The translations under genes and the position numbers were made by a program. Under the pieces are notes generated by a model. It worked only from the letters and a program-made list of their open reading frames with translations. It was not told the origin of the DNA and did not search any database. Positions 52,087-64,000 of a stretch of DNA of 64,000 nt are shown here, piece after piece (the stretch's first letter is position 1; every line of letters begins with the position of its first letter). Source of the stretch: Mobula hypostoma (taxonomy: Eukaryota); NCBI RefSeq assembly GCF_963921235.1, contig NC_086102.1:17856001-17920000 (forward strand). The letters run 5' to 3'.

Positions 52087-53408
52087 GGGGTGTCCAGGGA
52101 GGTGTGGCACCTCTGGTGAAGGGGCTTGTTGTGTCTAGTCCGGGGCAGCTCTTTCACCTTTGGTCCCCAGTGGGCACTTAGTTGTCACTGTTTGCATGTA
52201 ACAGCTGCCACATCCCTTCGAGAGGCAGACTAAACCCAGTGAGGACAGCTAGCGGCCTCATATTCCTATGAGATAGGGACGGCAGATGGAGTTCAACCCA
52301 GATAAGTGTGAGGTGGTTCATTTTGGTAGATAAAATATGATGGCAGAATATAGTATTAATGGTAAGACTCTTGGCAGTGTGGAGGATCAGAGAGATCTTG
52401 GGGTCCGTGTCCATAGGACACTCAAAGCTGCTGTGCAGGTTGACTGTGTGGTTAAGAAGGCATATGGTGCATTGCCCTTCATCAGCCAAGGGATTGAGTT
52501 CAAGAGCCAAGAGGTAATGTTACAGCTGTATAGGACCCTGGTCAGACCCCACTTGGAGTAATGTGTTCAGTTCTGGTCACCTCACTACAAGGAGGATGTA
52601 GAAACTATAGAAAGGGTAGATTTACAAGGATGTTGCCTGGATTGGGGAGCATGCCTTATGAAAATAGGTTGAGTGAACTCGGCCTTTTCTCTTTGGAGCG
52701 ACGGAGGATGAGAGGTGACCTGATAGAGGTGTATAAGGTGATGAGAGGCAATGATTGTGTGAATAGTAAGAGGCTTTTTCCCAGGGCTGAAATGGCTAAC
52801 ACAAGAGGGCACAGTTTTAAGGTGCTTGGAAGTAAGAACAAAGGGGTAAGTTTGTTAGGAGTAAGTTTTTTTTTTACGCAGAGAGTGGTGAGTGCATGGA
52901 ATGGGCTGCCAGTGACTGTGGTGGAGGCAGGTACAATAGGGTCTTCTAAGAGGCTCCTGGATAGGTACATGGAGCTTAGAAAAATAGATGGTTATTGGTA
53001 ACCTTAGGTAATTTCTAAAGTAAGTACATGTTCAGCACAGCATTGTGGGCCAAAGGGCATGTACCGTGCTGTAGGTTTTCTATTTAACTGTCGAGCATGC
53101 GAAGTCAGCCCCAGTGGACTGGGTGGATCAGATCTACAGTGAGATCCAACAGTAGGCTGCACCGTAACGTGCCATGGAGAACGAAGGGCTCCAAGGCACA
53201 GAGATGTCATGACCATAACATGGTTATGTCATGTCATGACCATCCACTGCAACCAAGGAAGACCCCAGTTTCTGATGCTTGTACATACCATTGGACCCTG
53301 ATTTCTGGGGTTGAGAGAGTGGAACTGCCCCAGTGCAACAGCTTTTTCCACTTTAAAAACTCTCTCACACAGGTTTCCTGTCATCATTGAATACAACAGA
53401 CAGCCACC
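52087..53408 (+). mobile_element. RTE-related SINE-like element interrupted by a CR1 insertion
   Basis: 52087-52280 plus ~53087-53408 together are the reverse complement of the diverged copy at 53905-54417; 5' motif ggtgaaggggcttg resembles RTE/BovB-type heads. Confidence 0.7.
52281..53085 (+). mobile_element. CR1 LINE 3' fragment
   Basis: QRDLGVRVHRTLK...LYRTLVRPHLE, RFTRMLPGL...RGDLIEVYKVM...FFTQRVVSAWNGLP. Confidence 0.92.
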
Positions 53409-53904
53409 AATTATGCCTATTTAGAAAAGATAAAAGGTGGAGTAGCAGTAAATAAAATAATATAATAAACTGCAGAATAAAATAATAACAGTATTAACAG
53501 GGAAAAAGTCAAAAATAGAAAGCAGCTCAATCAAAATAAAAGATAAAGGACCAATCAATAACAGGTGCAACCTTTAAGCCTAATAGAGAAAGGGGGAACA
53601 ATTAGGGGTATGAGTGAAACAACAGGGCAATCATGGGAGATTTCAATCACACCAATTTTAATTAAGTCTAAGAGGTAGAAGGAAAGGAGAAAAAGTAGTC
53701 CTGTACATAATATGAAAGAAAACCATGCAATGGAATATTTGTTACTGAATTATTGATGAGAAATGATACAAAGAAAATTAAAGTAAAATTAAAAAACATG
53801 TAGGTATCAATAAAGGGCATTAATATGTTGACAAATAAGGGGCTGAAAATAGAACGAGGAAATTAAAATGAGCAAAAGTACTGGTGAATTCTGGTAACTG
53901 CAAT

Positions 53905-54417
53905 AACGGTAGCTGTCTGTCCATTATGTCCAATGATAATAGGAGAGTTCATAATGTGGAAAAGCCGTTGCACTAGGGCAGTTCTACTCTCTTGACCTCA
54001 GAATTCCAGGTCCAGTGGTTCCAACAAGCATCAGAAACTGGGGTTTTCCTTGGTTGCAGTGGATGACCATGACATTCTCCGTGCCGCGTCAAGGCCTTCA
54101 CTCTCCAGACAGCATTGCTGTACTGCCTTCCTGGCAGTTAGATCTCACTATAGACCTCTCCGGTCCAGTCCCACACAGCTGACTTCGTATGCTGGGAAAG
54201 GCACGTCCCTACCTCACAGGCTATGAGGCCACCGGCTACCCTCAACTGGTTTAGCACACCTGTCAAAGTGTTATTCAGGGTGTGGCCGCTGTGACATGCA
54301 AACTTGGAACTACAGCTGAGAGCTGAGCATCCGGTGGGGGACCAAAGCTGAGTGAGCTGCCCTTTATGGACACAACAAGCCCCTTCACAAGAGGTGCTAT
54401 CCCTCCCTGGACACCCT
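53905..54417 (-). mobile_element. RTE-related SINE-like element (~510 bp) with candidate HDV-like ribozyme head
   Basis: Inverted copy of the 52087-53408 element; see the finding on its fold. Confidence 0.7.
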
Positions 54418-55124
54418 ATAATAGTATGAAATACTCAAATTGGTATTTAGAGTGCAGTAATACCAAAGATGCATAAAGTCACAAGGGAAAAACTGAGCGT
54501 AAGAAAAGAGAGATAAATTAAGTACACACACTGCAGAGAAACCCAAAGGTAGAATACAGAGCATTCAGGGAAAAACACCAAAAAAAATTAAAGCTGTAAA
54601 AAGGACAATGATATAAATGATAAATGATTAAACCGTAAAATGTTTTACAAATACATCAATAAAATGTTCTGTAGGGTACACAAAGACTATTCCGACAGAG
54701 AGCAACAGCAAAATGGCATAAATATTGCATTACAATTTTGCTTTGGTCATTACCAGGGAGATAGAAGGCTAGAAATAAAATATCCAGTTCGTAAATTTAA
54801 ATGGACTTGAGGAATCAATCAAGTCCAAATAAATTAAATATATATTATGCACAGAAACTAAACACAAACCTAATCAAGATGGATTGTACTCAAGCATTTG
54901 AAAGGAATTTAAGGAACAAAAAAATAGAATGATACAGACAGAAAGGGCTCTTTCTGACCACATCATCAATGCCCATGGTGATGACTATCCACATTAATCC
55001 CATTACTACTTTTTTTTTGCACTACTTAATTTAACTATTATACATACTGCTACCACTAAGTCAGCAAATTTCATGCATATGCCAGTGATATTAAACTTGA
55101 TTCTGATTCGGCTCTTGTTTTTTC

Positions 55125-55500
55125 CCATCCGTTCCTATCCAAGTACTTGTGTAAACTGCCTGGTACCTGCCACATCCTCTGGGAACTCATTCCCAATACC
55201 ACCAACCTCTGCGTGAAAACAAAATTCTCTAGTCCTCCCTTAAGTGTTTCCCATTTTACTTTAAAAGCATACCCTTTATTTACCTGGCCCTGGAAGAAAG
55301 ATTCTGACTATCTATACCTCTGATAATTTTCTGAAAACCTCTTTTAGATCACCCCTCAGCTTCCTACATTCAAGCGAGAGTAAAGACAGCCTAACCAATC
55401 TCTCCAAATAACTACAGTCCCACCTTCTAGGTGACATCCGAGTGAATCTTCTCTGTAATCTCTCTATTGCTGCACATCCTTCCTGTAGTGTAGTGAGATG
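55125..55500 (-). mobile_element. CR1 3' fragment
   Basis: ERLQRRFTRM...SYLERLVRLSLLSLECRKLRGDLKEVF. Confidence 0.8.
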
Positions 55501-55841
55501 CATTTAATAATTCATTGGGAAAACAAGTTGTTGTGCTAGAAGACTGTGGATACTTATAACTTGACAAAGTGGAAGGTGTTTGTTCAAGAAATTATTGACT
55601 AGTTAATTTAACATCAGTGCCAGCAAAAATAATTGGATCCCTACTAACAAAAGAACAACGATAATTAAAATAATGGCTAGTTAATCAAGATATCAAAAGG
55701 GAAAGTCTTACTTAACCATATCTTTGAAATTTTGGAATCAATAACAGAAAAAATGGATTGTTGTAATACAGTACTTATAATTTAACTAAATTTTCCAAAA
55801 TGGCCACTGACAAGATATTCCTTAGTTGATTATTCGATAAT

Positions 55842-56098
55842 ATTTATTTATTGAGATACAGCACAGGTAAAGCCACCCAGTAATCCCCTGATTTAATCCT
55901 AGCCTAATCACAGGACAATTTACAATGACCAATTAACCTACTGAACTGTACGTCTTTGGACTGTGGGAGGAAACGGGAGCACCCTGGGGAAACCCACGCG
56001 GTCACAGGGAGAACGTACAAACTCCTTACAGGCAGCAGTGCGATTTGAACCCGGGTCGCTGATACTGTCAAGCGCTGTGCTATCTACTATGCTACCAC
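55842..56098 (-). mobile_element. tRNA-derived V-SINE (HE1-like)
   Basis: Minus-strand head ggTAGCATAGTAGatagc...cccgGGTTCAAATCgc (A/B boxes); central domain ctgtgggaggaaacgggagcaccc...gaaacccacgcggtcacagggagaacgtacaaactcc. Confidence 0.85.
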
Positions 56099-59000
56099 AC
56101 CATCCAATAATATTAGAAAATGCAGATTAAAGGGAAAAACTAGCAGAACAAATTATAAGCTAGTAGCAACACAAAAAGCAAAATGTGGGAGTAAACACTA
56201 GTTATTCAGAGTGGAACATGCCAACAGACATATTTGGCACAGGAATAGGCCAATCGGCCACTCGAGGCTGCTTTGCCACGTAAAAAGTTAATAGCTAAAG
56301 AAGGTGGGTAGTGCTTCACAAGAACCAGTGATAGAAATGGTGCTAATTGCAATTTACATTAATGATAGAGGTTATAAAATCACGAGCATAATTCATAAAT
56401 CTGCAGTTACCACCTACTTGCTGCCCAGCAACCCTAGATTTCACCCTAGCCTAATCATGGGACAACTTACAATGATTAATTAACCTACCAACCAGTACTC
56501 CTTTGGCAACACTGAAAGCTAACCAAAATCTTGGGTTTATTTCTAGAGATATAGACACATTTGTGGTACTCAAAACACATTAGGTCACAATATTATTAAA
56601 AGATATTGAGGCAAAGATGATGATGCAGAGCAAATTAACCATGATGATACCCAAAAGCATGGGTATTTATCATGAAAGGATGAACTTTTGGGAAAAGATT
56701 TGGGTGGGGGGTGACCTAATAGAGATTTTAAATTATGAAATATTAATAGACAATACAAAGAAACTGTTTCCAGTTACTCCAAACACTTGAGTGGTGAGAA
56801 TGTGTAACTTAGGAGTGATTGAAGTGAATAGAATATATTAGTAGGGGGAATGTGAAAAGTAAATAAAGGAAAAATGAATAAAGGATAACACTTTGAAATT
56901 TATATGATGAAAGCTGGCAGATGGCACAACTGGAGTGGAAATGCCAGCATGGACTGATAGGCCGAACGGTCTATTTCTATGGAGACACAAGAGACGCAGA
57001 TGCTGGATTCTGAAGCAACACACAGAAAGATGGAGGAAATCAGCAGCATTTAGAGAAGGAAGGGCTTCAACCCAAAACGTTGACTATTTCACTTCCCTCC
57101 ATAGATGCCACCTGGCTCCAGCTTTTTGTGTGGCTAGGTCATTCATATTTTTCTTAATCTTTAATGGCCAGAATTCCTTCTGGTCATCAAAAATTAAGAA
57201 AAGTATGAAATGTGAAAACGTGCAATAGTTGGGCCTAACAAATGCTTTCTACAATTTGACCAAACATCTTTTAAAGAAGCCTTGGATCCCATAAGCTTTA
57301 TCAACCAGAATTCTACATGTGCTGCCACTTGCAAGGATAGGTGGATATGAATACCCAGATCTCACTACCTCTACACTCTTCAGAACTGCACAGTTTAGAC
57401 TACATTATAAGATGGCATGACGGGAGCAGAATTAAGCCATTTAGTCCAAAATTTCATCTTTTACTTGTGTTCCCAGTTTGCCAGCTTAGCTACATAATGT
57501 ATTAAGTCCTTCGTAAATTTGATTAATGTACTCAGCATACATAAACTATTTTTAAAAAACTGCCCGGCACTATCCACGACATGAGAACTGCCCAGCACAA
57601 TTGTCACTGATATGATGATATGCAAACAACACACTTCACTGTATGGTTCAATATACATGTGACAAATAAAGCTGATCTTTATCTTCATAGCCTGAAACAT
57701 AATAATCTACCACTATTCGTTTTTTTTGTTGATTTCCTGCCATGGTGTTAAAGATCCTTTTAATTACTTGGGCCTTAATCAGCAGCTTGCTCTCCATATT
57801 GTACTGCCTAGGTCTGCATATCTAGACAGCTAGGGCGCAATATCCATGGTTAATTCCGACCAACGGAGGCCTTCACAATTTCTCTAACCAGACTTCTATG
57901 GACAATGTCACTGTTGTGATAGCAAACAGATTTAAATGATTCAAATATGGATTTTGGGAAAACCTTTTGGGAGAGACGAAGGAGTATTGAAGGAAAGAAT
58001 GGCTGATTTTTTTTAACAGGAGGGATTAGTTTTGGAAGGTAGGAACATTAGAAATAGACAAGGTTATTTAGTAACTCGGTCAATTAAATAAGGTCATAAA
58101 TGACTAGACCTTTTCCCCCATAAGACCATAAAGCATAGGAGCAAAATTAGGCATTTGGCCCATTGAGTCTGCTCTGCCATTTCATCATGGGTGATTCACT
58201 TTTCCTCTAAGCCCCAATATATTGCCTTCTCTCTGTATCCCTTCATGCCCTGACCAGTCAGGGATCTCTGCCACTTAATACTTTGATATCAGAAAGCAAT
58301 CGACTCAGATGTGCATTCAGCATAAATTGCTGCCTGCAAACATGTTTTAAATTCATATTACCATTTGCAAGTAGTAGCAGTCTCTTATTTCACCAGAGAA
58401 AATAGTACACTTTTTTAAAAAAAAACTTAAATCCAATCACTCTACCTTCTAACTTCCATGAAATAAAACCTTGATTGATTCAATTTCTGCATAACTTAAC
58501 CTCTCACTCCAGATACTAAATCTGCAAAGCACCTCCTCAAAGAACAATATACCCTGCCGAGATTACAAAAATGTGCTGGACATAGCAGGTCAGAAGGCAA
58601 CTTTGGAGAGAGAAGTGCATGCAGTTGCTCACCTCCTAAAAATTGCCAGAATCTACCCCAGCCAAGACCTGCTGTCAAAATATGCATGTGTCTTTGTTAC
58701 CTTTAAAATACTCCTGATCAGATTTCTATCCATCAGTAAAGGGTGTTTCCTGTACCAAGTGCAAATTATTCATTAATCAGTGACCTCCACTGACTCTGAG
58801 AAAAGCAACCTGTACAGGTAGTTCTACAGTAACACTATATTGATGTTCCTAAAAGACTCTCATAATAGAAAGTTGTGTTATATCAGAACTGGCTTTAGCT
58901 GCTTTCAAAGTACACCTTCAAACAAGTTTTTCGGGGTTGCAATCACACCATCGCTGATACAGCCTGCATAATACAAATGGTGCTCCATTATCCATCAGAC

Positions 59001-60414
59001 ATGTTCTAACCATTTACTGTTACGGAAACACATTAAGCAAATCACCTGCATTTGGTTTAAAATCACTCTTCCACAACCTTACCCTTTCCTACCCAAGTAT
59101 CTTTTGCAATCTAAAAAAAACATAGCTATATATCTAATTCCTGCCAATATTTCCCACATAATTCTCTCAATATTCAGCAGTTGTGCCTTTGATGTTGAAG
59201 GCCTATATTCTAGAATCTGCTCCTTAAACATTTATAGCTTCCTCTTTCAACATTTAAGACATGCGAAGGTACAAATTAAGATGTAGGTCACTGGGCCCCT
59301 CAGACTGGTTCCTCTTTTCTCAATATGACAGCTGAGCTGACTTTAACCTGAACTCCACGTTCCTGCCTTTCTTTATGTGGCTTATTAAGAATCTTCACCT
59401 ATATTCAAAAGCTCTTCTTGTACCATATGTGAGTGAGACTGAGAGTTCTAAAGACTCATAACCCTCTGAGTAAAAAAAATTGTTTGTCATGTCTTTAAAG
59501 GGGCTTCATAAAGACACATATTAAAACCTACAACATCTGCTCTAAAATTTCCTGCATTACTGTGTCAAATTTTGTCTGATAAAACATCATGCTTTACTAT
59601 GTTCATGCCACTAGATAAATATTTTAAAAACAGAACTCCTATACTACAAACCATTAAACTCAATATGTGACTTACTTGCTAAGTCTATTCAAATAGATAT
59701 AGACAAGATTAGTACATGGAGTTTGTAAAAAAGGAACATTCCCAAATTCTACAGGGGAGAAAAACAACAATCCTAGTTCTATTTTTGAAAGGAATGTAAG
59801 TTGGGAAACGTTTGAGTTCAAAAGGGGATGTGGATGAATCTGCACAGTCGCTGAAAATTAAGAAAACCACACACTTTTGGCCTTAGTTGCAAGAAGGTTT
59901 GAGTACGGCGGGGGGGGGGCGGGGTGCAACTATATAGGGCCACATCTGTAACATATTGTGTGAAATTTTGGTTTCCAATAGAAAGAAAAATGTACTTGTC
60001 GTGAAGGGAGTGTAGCATAGGTTCAGCAGACTGGTTCCTGAAAGTGACTTCATGAAGACATACTTCATGAACACTTTAAGGGCCACTTAGGCTAGTAGCC
60101 GCAACTTCTAGGCTATAGGTTTCTCACTTAGGCCCTTTAGGACTGAGGGGAGAAGTTAGACCGCTTTTCTACCATCTTTGCGTCTTAAAGTTACAATTGT
60201 AGCAAATCATTTCTTCATAGCCAGCTACAGCATTGCTATGAAGTAGATCAGCCATGTTGAATGGTGGTACAGGCCTATAAATCGGAAGGGCCTTGGCCTA
60301 TTCTTACTTATTTTGTCTTCGCAAATGACTACCATCAAACTGCAAATAGATGTGTTCTCCCACTTTTAATAAATTACAAACACATTAAAAATAATGATAT
60401 TGGTTTACTGAAGA

Positions 60415-60545
60415 AAACAAAATGCTGGAAATACTCAGCAGGTCAGACACATCTATACAAAGAGAAACAAGAGTTAACACTGCAGGATGACTCTCTTTAG
60501 AAATAGTCACTGACCTGGCTGCTATTTCCAGAATTTTGTGCTCTT
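60415..60545. mobile_element. Degenerate Penelope-associated repeat just upstream of the ATP5PO promoter
   Basis: aaatgctggaaatactcagcaggtcag...tgacctggctgctatttccagaattttg (partial fold-back). Confidence 0.55.
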
Positions 60546-60679
60546 ATGTCAAGTTTCTGCAAGTGCAGCTTTCTATTTTTGCATAAGTATTCTAAAGACA
60601 TCACGTAAGTTCCTCGATAGAATGAGCTTTCACGAAGAGAAGCAGAAAACACCCAGAATATTAAGTCCAAAAAAACAGG

Positions 60680-60895
60680 TCTCATTTCCGGCAGCGCCCC
60701 AGGTTGTCTCCACCAATTCTTGCCTCGCAATGCCTTCCGGACGTTGTAGTCAAGAGATCACAGAATATACGCTTCCGCGGCCACTCTGCTCCATTTTCCT
60801 ACAAGTCCCAGAATCCACAGAAGCTACCTACGCATGCGTAGTAGTCGTTCTCCGGCCTTGGGTTGACCTCCATCAGAAGAAGAAGATGGCGGCAC
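60680..60895 (+). promoter_or_regulatory. ATP5PO core promoter with housekeeping/mitochondrial-gene motifs
   Basis: SBS/ZNF143-like CCTACAAGTCCCAGAATCC (60798-60816) and reverse-strand GACTACAACGTCCGGAAGGCA (60751-60731, contains ETS CCGGAAG). NRF1-like 14-bp palindrome CTACGCATGCGTAG (60828-60841). YY1 AAGATGGCGGC overlapping the ATG. Confidence 0.8.
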
Positions 60896-60915
60896 CGGCC
60901 AGATTAGGCCTGAAG
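60886..60915 (+). CDS. ATP5PO: ATP synthase peripheral stalk subunit OSCP, first coding exon (start of mitochondrial presequence)
   Basis: aagATGGCGGCACCGGCCAGATTAGGCCTGAAG|GTGAAA = MAAPARLGLK then a GT donor, in a strong Kozak context and a CpG-rich promoter. It resembles the ATP5PO exon-1 peptide (MAAPA...), and ATP5PO is the known divergent neighbour of MRPS6/SLC5A3. Only 10 codons are visible; exon 2 was not seen. Confidence 0.78.
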
Positions 60916-62160
60916 GTGAAAGGGGGAATAGGGTTTAGTTAAATTAATGTTAACAGTTTGAGCATGTAACCTGGATTGTTAAATGTTCTGCAGCTTCTTC
61001 TATTTGGATTGAATCTCTTTGCTCTGAATAACGCTCAATTTACTCCACTAGTCACTTGAATGTCATGATGTGTAGTTGTGTGGGAATGTGATGTTGGTTA
61101 TTATGCACGAGTCGTCTTGATTTTTGTCAAATTCGGATTTTCCAGCTTTGAAACTGTAAAGGAATTCGCAACTAAATTTCTTTGACATTTAAGAATTCAC
61201 TATTACTTGCCTGAGTTATTTCTTGGTAGCCACTTATTTAATTGTTATGCCTTTCTTAGTACAATGCAAGTATATTTTAACTTCTCCTAGAGTGACTCTT
61301 CTAATGAAGCCATTGACAGATCAAGGAAAATTAATTAGGTTGGATCTTACTCACTGCAATATTGAGGAATGAGATGTGATCTGATTGAAACATATTAAGA
61401 TTCTGAGGGACATTAGCTGGGTGAAATTACGTGGAACCTTGGGGCACAGTTACAGGACGATGGGCTACCTATTTGCAGATGAGCACTGATCCTCAGGGCT
61501 TGATGAGATGTGTTCCAGGCTGTTTTGCAAGACAAGCTATGAGATTCCTTAGGATCCTGGAAAAAATGTTAAATCTTTGGCCACAGGTGAGGTCAGATAA
61601 ATGGAAAACTATAAACATAGGTAACAGGAATAAGCCAACAAATTAAAGGCCTATTTGGGGGAGGAGGGGAGAGAAAGGGACAGAATCAAATTAAGTCAAG
61701 TGGAGTTCATTGTCATGTCCACAGCTATGGTGAAATAGAAGTACAATGAAACATTGCTTGCAGCAGTATTGTAGCATTAGGTACAGACAACATATAGAAT
61801 AAATACATACATAAATTATACAAGCAACAAAAAATGAAAAAATACTTTTTTGCATTAATGCCTTGTTTTCTACAATCAGAGACAAGTTCATAGAGGTGGC
61901 AGAAGTGGTCTTTAGTGTTAACATTGCTGACGATTTTGGTTTATTATTGTTGCATGTTCCAAGATACAACAAATAGGTTGTCTTGCACATTATTCATACA
62001 GATCAGATCATTACTCTGCAGTGACGTAAAACAGGTGAAAGAATAATAATAATGCAGAGTAAAACATAAAAGATACAGAGAAAGTGCAGTGTAGGTAACT
62101 AATAAAGTGCAAGATCATAATGTGGTAGATTTTGAGGTCAAGGGCCTATCTTTTCACTCT

Positions 62161-62603
62161 GAGTACATACATCTACTGATGCTTCTGGACACATCTTCAG
62201 TGATGTTCCTGGAATCATCGGGTGTTTCGGGTCTTTTGACATCATACAATCTCCTCCAGGTGACCCAGCCAGGCTGATCAGACTCCAGCTTGTGTCCAGA
62301 TGGCTAGCTACTTATGACTCCATGTCTCCCCTCTTTTGAGCCACAGCCATCTTGAGGCCCTCTCTGCCGCATCGGTGGTACTGCGGATGGCTCTTCTCTT
62401 CCTCTCTCCCTCGATGCCCAAAATGCTGAAGGCTCTAACTAAGGAACGGGCTGCGAATCCCCTACAACCAACCTCCACTGGGAGACACCTCGCTCTCCAT
62501 CCAGCCTGCTAACAGTTGCTGACCAGTCCTGCATACTTGGAGAGCTCCTTTCAAAGGCCTTCTCCAAGCTATCTTCCCATGGGACTGTCAGCTCCAGCAG
62601 CAC
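62161..62603 (-). mobile_element. Hero-like (R2-group, restriction-like endonuclease) non-LTR retrotransposon 3' end
   Basis: LLELTVPWEDSLEKAFER, then after a frameshift KYAGLVSNC*QAGWRARCLPVEVGCRGFAARSL...AAERASRWLWLKR: RLE-domain signature. Confidence 0.8.
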
Positions 62604-62924
62604 AAAAGATCCATTCAAGTGTCTGATAACAGTTGGGTAGAAGCTGTCCTTGAGCTTGGTGGGCTGTACTTTCAGCCTTTTGTATCTTCTGCCTGATGGG
62701 AAAGGAGAGAAGAGAAAATAAATAAGCTGGCAGAGGAAGTGGTCAAGTTGTGTGCAATTGCAATTTTTAAAAGGCATTTGGATAGGTACATGGAACGTAT
62801 CAAGTGTACATGTATAGGGAAAGGGCATGGCAGGTTACAGGCCAAGTGGGGACATCTGTGAGTAGCAGGGAGGATGCTGTGATTGACACGGAGTAGTTTA
62901 AAAAAAGATTAGCATATTATGTTC

Positions 62925-63172
62925 ACAGCGAAATGCATCATTTGTGTCAACAACCAATACAGTCCGAGGATATGCCGGGGGCAGCCTGCAAGAGTCGTCA
63001 CGTTTCAGGTACCAACATAGCATGACCACAATTTACTAACCTTTGCATCTTTAGGCCACCCTTGTGTCTTTGGAATGTAAGAGGAAACCCACATGGTCAT
63101 GTGGAGAACGTACGGACAGCAATCGCTAGTGCTGCAAAGCATTACGCTAGCTGCTATGCTACCGTACTGCCT
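62925..63172 (-). mobile_element. Degenerate V-SINE
   Basis: tctttggaatgtaagaggaaaccc...gctatgctaccgtactgcc (reverse tRNA-like head). Confidence 0.6.
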
Positions 63173-64000
63173 GAGTTGGGGCAAAGGGACTGTTTCTGTG
63201 CTGTATTACTCTATGATTCTATAACTAGTATTAGGGTTGTGCACGTTGGTTCAAGAACCTGGTGGTTGTAGGAAGTAGCTTTCCTTGAAAGTGGCATCAT
63301 AGGTAGATAGGGTTGTAAAGAGAGCTTTTAGTGGATTATACTGAGAACAGGAGTTTGGGATGTTATGTTGAAGTTGTCCCTAAACTGTAACTCCCCTCTC
63401 TGTGCCGAAGACCATCCCTACAAATGGAAAAGACCACTAAGTCTGAGCCGCGACCTCACTGGAGACTGCAGCTCGACACCATCTTGACCAGAAGCATTGA
63501 CCGCTTCCTTGAGGCAGTGTCTCAGTTTTTACACTTGAAAAGGCAGGGATTAATCACAGATGGTCAGCAGAGCTTGCTGGAGATTCTACCTAACCAGACT
63601 GAAGCATTGATAGGATAGATAGGAAACATTTCCTCGCAGCTGAGATCTCAAATATTTCAAGGGTGTCATGCATGCGCGGAGAGGTAACAACAATGGATTA
63701 GTAGGATTAAGTATTTTTACTGGGTCGTGCAAAGCACTATACACATTGGCAACAAAGAGCACAGGAGAAATGGACCTGGCCCACCATGTTGAAAACGTGC
63801 ACACACAAAAACCTGCACGAAAAGAGCCTTCTGCATAAAGGAGGCCCTTTTGATTCAGCAGGCAATCAATCAGCCACATGCGCAGTTGCCACGATGCGGA
63901 GAGCAAGCTGATGCCCATATAGCAGGCTCTCCATCTCCACACAGCCGATGAATCCAAAGAAATGGCAGCGATCGGTACAGATGGTACCAGTGGTGTTGCA

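Noticed and set aside
56020-56098. A/B-box sequence as a tRNA gene
   Set aside because: It is the tRNA-derived head of a V-SINE, continuous with the SINE body, with no full cloverleaf.
60538-60942. 134-aa ORF as a complete gene
   Set aside because: Only the last part (MAAPARLGLK from 60886) looks coding; the upstream part runs through promoter motifs from a non-ATG start.

Overview
Vertebrate genomic DNA. The repeat content (V-SINE/HE1-like SINEs, abundant CR1 and Rex1/Babar LINEs, Penelope-type repeats) suggests a cartilaginous fish, probably a ray; this is inference. The window holds the ATP5PO <-> MRPS6/SLC5A3 syntenic block. (1) An intact single-exon SLC5A3 (SMIT1, Na+/myo-inositol cotransporter) CDS lies on the minus strand at 20811-22943. 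(2) It is nested in intron 1 of MRPS6, whose first coding exon (MPRYELALILKAMQR|GTGAGT, 32847-32891, minus) is missed by the ORF track. (3) A probable ATP5PO (OSCP) first coding exon (MAAPARLGLK|GT, 60886-60915, plus) is transcribed divergently from a promoter with ZNF143/SBS, NRF1, ETS and YY1 motifs. Most of the remainder is transposon-derived: Rex1/Babar, CR1 (including a young 559-aa RT ORF), RTE, Hero-like, Penelope, V-SINEs and Tc1/Tigger/piggyBac-like elements. The most interesting signals are the MRPS6 start codon acting as a uORF on the SLC5A3 mRNA with two candidate acceptors, retroelement-borne ribozyme candidates (minimal hammerheads in Penelope repeats, HDV-like folds in two SINE-like families), a 40-bp hairpin in the putative SLC5A3 3'UTR, and a 23-bp tandem promoter repeat. 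I found no convincing wholly new protein-coding system. TE boundaries were judged by eye and are approximate.
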